Assembly (NCBI GenBank): GCA_965204375.1
Contig: OZ241986.1
Coordinates: forward strand, 5,152,001 to 5,216,000
Length of the DNA: 64,000 nucleotides
Origin: Candidatus Latescibacterota bacterium
Lineage (GTDB): Bacteria > Latescibacterota > UBA2968
Reading direction: 5' to 3'
The stretch's first letter is position 1. Every line of letters starts with the position of its first letter. This document shows positions 61,949-64,000 of this stretch, in pieces. Position numbers and translations under genes: made by a program. Below the pieces are notes generated by a model. The model was given only the letters and a program-made list of their open reading frames with translations. It searched no databases and was not told the origin of the DNA.

Positions 61949-61985
61949 GTTTCAATGCCTCAGTAGTCGGGTAATCCTTTCTGAC
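61949..61985 (-). CRISPR. Isolated full-length degenerate CRISPR repeat (4 substitutions)
   Basis: GTTTCAATGCCTCAGTAGTCGGGTAATCCTTTCTGAC versus the array consensus (33/37). Confidence 0.9.
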
Positions 61986-62001
61986 GAACGCCCTATTTAT
62001 C

Positions 62002-62018
62002 TGCAAGAAGCGTGCCAA
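62002..62018 (-). promoter_or_regulatory. Sigma-54 (-24/-12) promoter firing into the isolated repeat
   Basis: TTGGCACGCTTCTTGCA fits YTGGCACG-N4-TTGCW; predicted start near 61991. Confidence 0.75.
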
Positions 62019-62124
62019 AAAATAAAAAATCCTCAAAAAAATGAGGATTTTCTTTTTTTATTCTTTTTTCGCGGTTTTTTTTGTAAAAAAATCCCAAACA
62101 GGCATTCACCAGAGGGGAACAGAC

Positions 62125-62158
62125 GTGCAGAAATGCTCACATTTGTGCAAAAATGCAC
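62125..62158. promoter_or_regulatory. Tandem palindromes, candidate enhancer (bEBP binding sites)
   Basis: GTGCAGAAATGCTC (62125) and GTGCAAAAATGCAC (62145), 20 bp apart and about 110-140 bp upstream of the -24 box. Confidence 0.5.
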
Positions 62159-62169
62159 GCCTATGCACA

Positions 62170-63996
62170 GTTTCAATACCCCAGTAGTCGGGTAATCCTT
62201 CCTGATTATCATCGACTCATACATCGCAGAGACCGCACCTTCAGGGTTTCAATACCCCAGTAGTCGGGTAATCCTTCCTGATAAACCAAAGCAGGATAAA
62301 AATGACGCCTGAAGATTTTAGTTTCAATACCCCAGTAGTCGGGTAATCCTTCCTGATGTGAGAAATTCCCTGTCAGAATTATTGATAGTTGTAAACCTAA
62401 TCGTTTCAATACCCCAGTAGTCGGGTAATCCTTCCTGATGACGACGGTTCAATGGAAGTCGATTCACCTTGCATGTTTTACAGTTTCAATACCCCAGTAG
62501 TCGGGTAATCCTTCCTGATGAATGGTCATATCAGTCATCGTAATACTTCCAATTTAGAAGTGTTTCAATACCCCAGTAGTCGGGTAATCCTTCCTGATTC
62601 AATTCACCAGAGACTTTAGGCTTATTTTACAAGATTCGTTCGTTTCAATACCCCAGTAGTCGGGTAATCCTTCCTGATCGTTGCAGAATTTGAGTTGGAA
62701 GTAGTGAAGGACATGTATGTTTCAATACCCCAGTAGTCGGGTAATCCTTCCTGATAGTTTTAGACCACGATTGGAAAGACCATCGCGTAAGACCAGTTTC
62801 AATACCCCAGTAGTCGGGTAATCCTTCCTGATCGGCACGAATTTGAGTGTCGTTGATTTGGGAAAGGAATTGTTTCAATACCCCAGTAGTCGGGTAATCC
62901 TTCCTGATCTTATGCTGCGATTAGGGCAATTCACGCTGGCCTTGATGATATGTTTCAATACCCCAGTAGTCGGGTAATCCTTCCTGATCAGATGCAAAAG
63001 CTCGCAGCAGCATACGCATTTGATCCGTTTCAATACCCCAGTAGTCGGGTAATCCTTCCTGATCACCAATTACAAAGGAGGTGTAAAATGGCAGTGATGA
63101 GGTTGGGTTTCAATACCCCAGTAGTCGGGTAATCCTTCCTGATCTGCCGAAACCATTGTTGGCTTGGGTTGCACGACGTTGCTGACGTTTCAATACCCCA
63201 GTAGTCGGGTAATCCTTCCTGATGAGGTTGCTATTCGTGTTGGGCAGCGGGTCAATGAGGAAATGTTTCAATACCCCAGTAGTCGGGTAATCCTTCCTGA
63301 TTGATCATTCAGGACTTACGATCAATACCACAGGATTTTTGTTTCAATACCCCAGTAGTCGGGTAATCCTTCCTGATGCAGGACGCAAAAGAAATTGAGT
63401 ACGCGTATCCCATATAGTTTCAATACCCCAGTAGTCGGGTAATCCTTCCTGATTGGCATGTGGTCTCCTTGTGCGGGAAATTTTGAGCAATCTGGTTTCA
63501 ATACCCCAGTAGTCGGGTAATCCTTCCTGATTTTGCAGTTCCGCATCTGCATTTTCCAACTCACATCAAGTTTCAATACCCCAGTAGTCGGGTAATCCTT
63601 CCTGATCAATTACCAATGAAAAGTAAATCAAAAGTAACATATGATAAGTTTCAATACCCCAGTAGTCGGGTAATCCTTCCTGATAATTGAAACTGTCATC
63701 CCGGCCGTGAAGAAGCGTAAGTAGTTTCAATACCCCAGTAGTCGGGTAATCCTTCCTGATTTGACCTTCCCGCCGAAGTGATTGACCTGTTTCGCGTTAT
63801 TGAAACGTTTCAATACCCCAGTAGTCGGGTAATCCTTCCTGATGACTCTCAGATGGCAACTATAGATCGGCTGTATGCTGGTTTCAATACCCCAGTAGTC
63901 GGGTAATCCTTCCTGATCTCAATCCGAATCGGACAGCTACTCGCACGCGCGAAAAAGATGTTTCAATACCCCAGTAGTCGGGTAATCCTTCCTGAT
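62170..63996 (-). CRISPR. CRISPR array: 24 identical 37-bp repeats and 23 spacers of 37-46 bp, probably continuing beyond the window
   Basis: Plus-strand repeat GTTTCAATACCCCAGTAGTCGGGTAATCCTTCCTGAT. The minus strand ends in the canonical ATTGAAAC handle, so minus orientation is inferred. Confidence 0.98.
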
Positions 63997-64000
63997 ATAC

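Noticed and set aside
61986-62169. AT-rich region as the leader of a plus-strand array
   Set aside because: The ATTGAAAC handle, the spacer sense bias and the minus-facing promoter favour minus orientation, making this the trailer side. Not proven without RNA data.
61791-62195. 134-aa plus-strand ORF across the cassette
   Set aside because: It is the antisense shadow of the 55-aa ORF and runs through the promoter and repeats; no recognisable features.
62033-63609. ORF-track entries with repeated QEGLPDYWGIET or IRKDYPTTGVLK peptides
   Set aside because: These are translations of CRISPR repeats, not proteins.

Overview
A 64-kb bacterial window of mostly metabolic genes: acs, bioAD, rnd, msrB, argR-argCBD, four sulfatases, two PhyH-like dioxygenases and transporters. 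It also has repeat-rich secreted proteins (a WD40 zinc-metalloprotease, a Sel1 protein, a 2236-aa autotransporter adhesin). That content resembles sponge-associated Latescibacterota/Gemmatimonadota/Poribacteria genomes, but this is inference. The right end holds a CRISPR adaptation module on the minus strand (TPR-AEP primase-polymerase CAPP, cas1, cas2) and a truncated array of at least 24 identical 37-bp repeats. The most striking observation lies between the array and CAPP. A near-consensus sigma-54 promoter with tandem enhancer-like palindromes points into a degenerate CRISPR repeat. The ATG of an uncalled 55-aa, two-helix membrane protein follows that repeat immediately, and the ORF ends 6 bp before a second, partial repeat, so a whole gene sits in the place of a spacer. 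Other notable items: a UGSC selenoprotein split at UGA with a SECIS-like hairpin, an XRE-DUF4258-HEPN candidate defence operon, a sharp strand-composition switch near 42.3 kb, and several dispersed repeat families.
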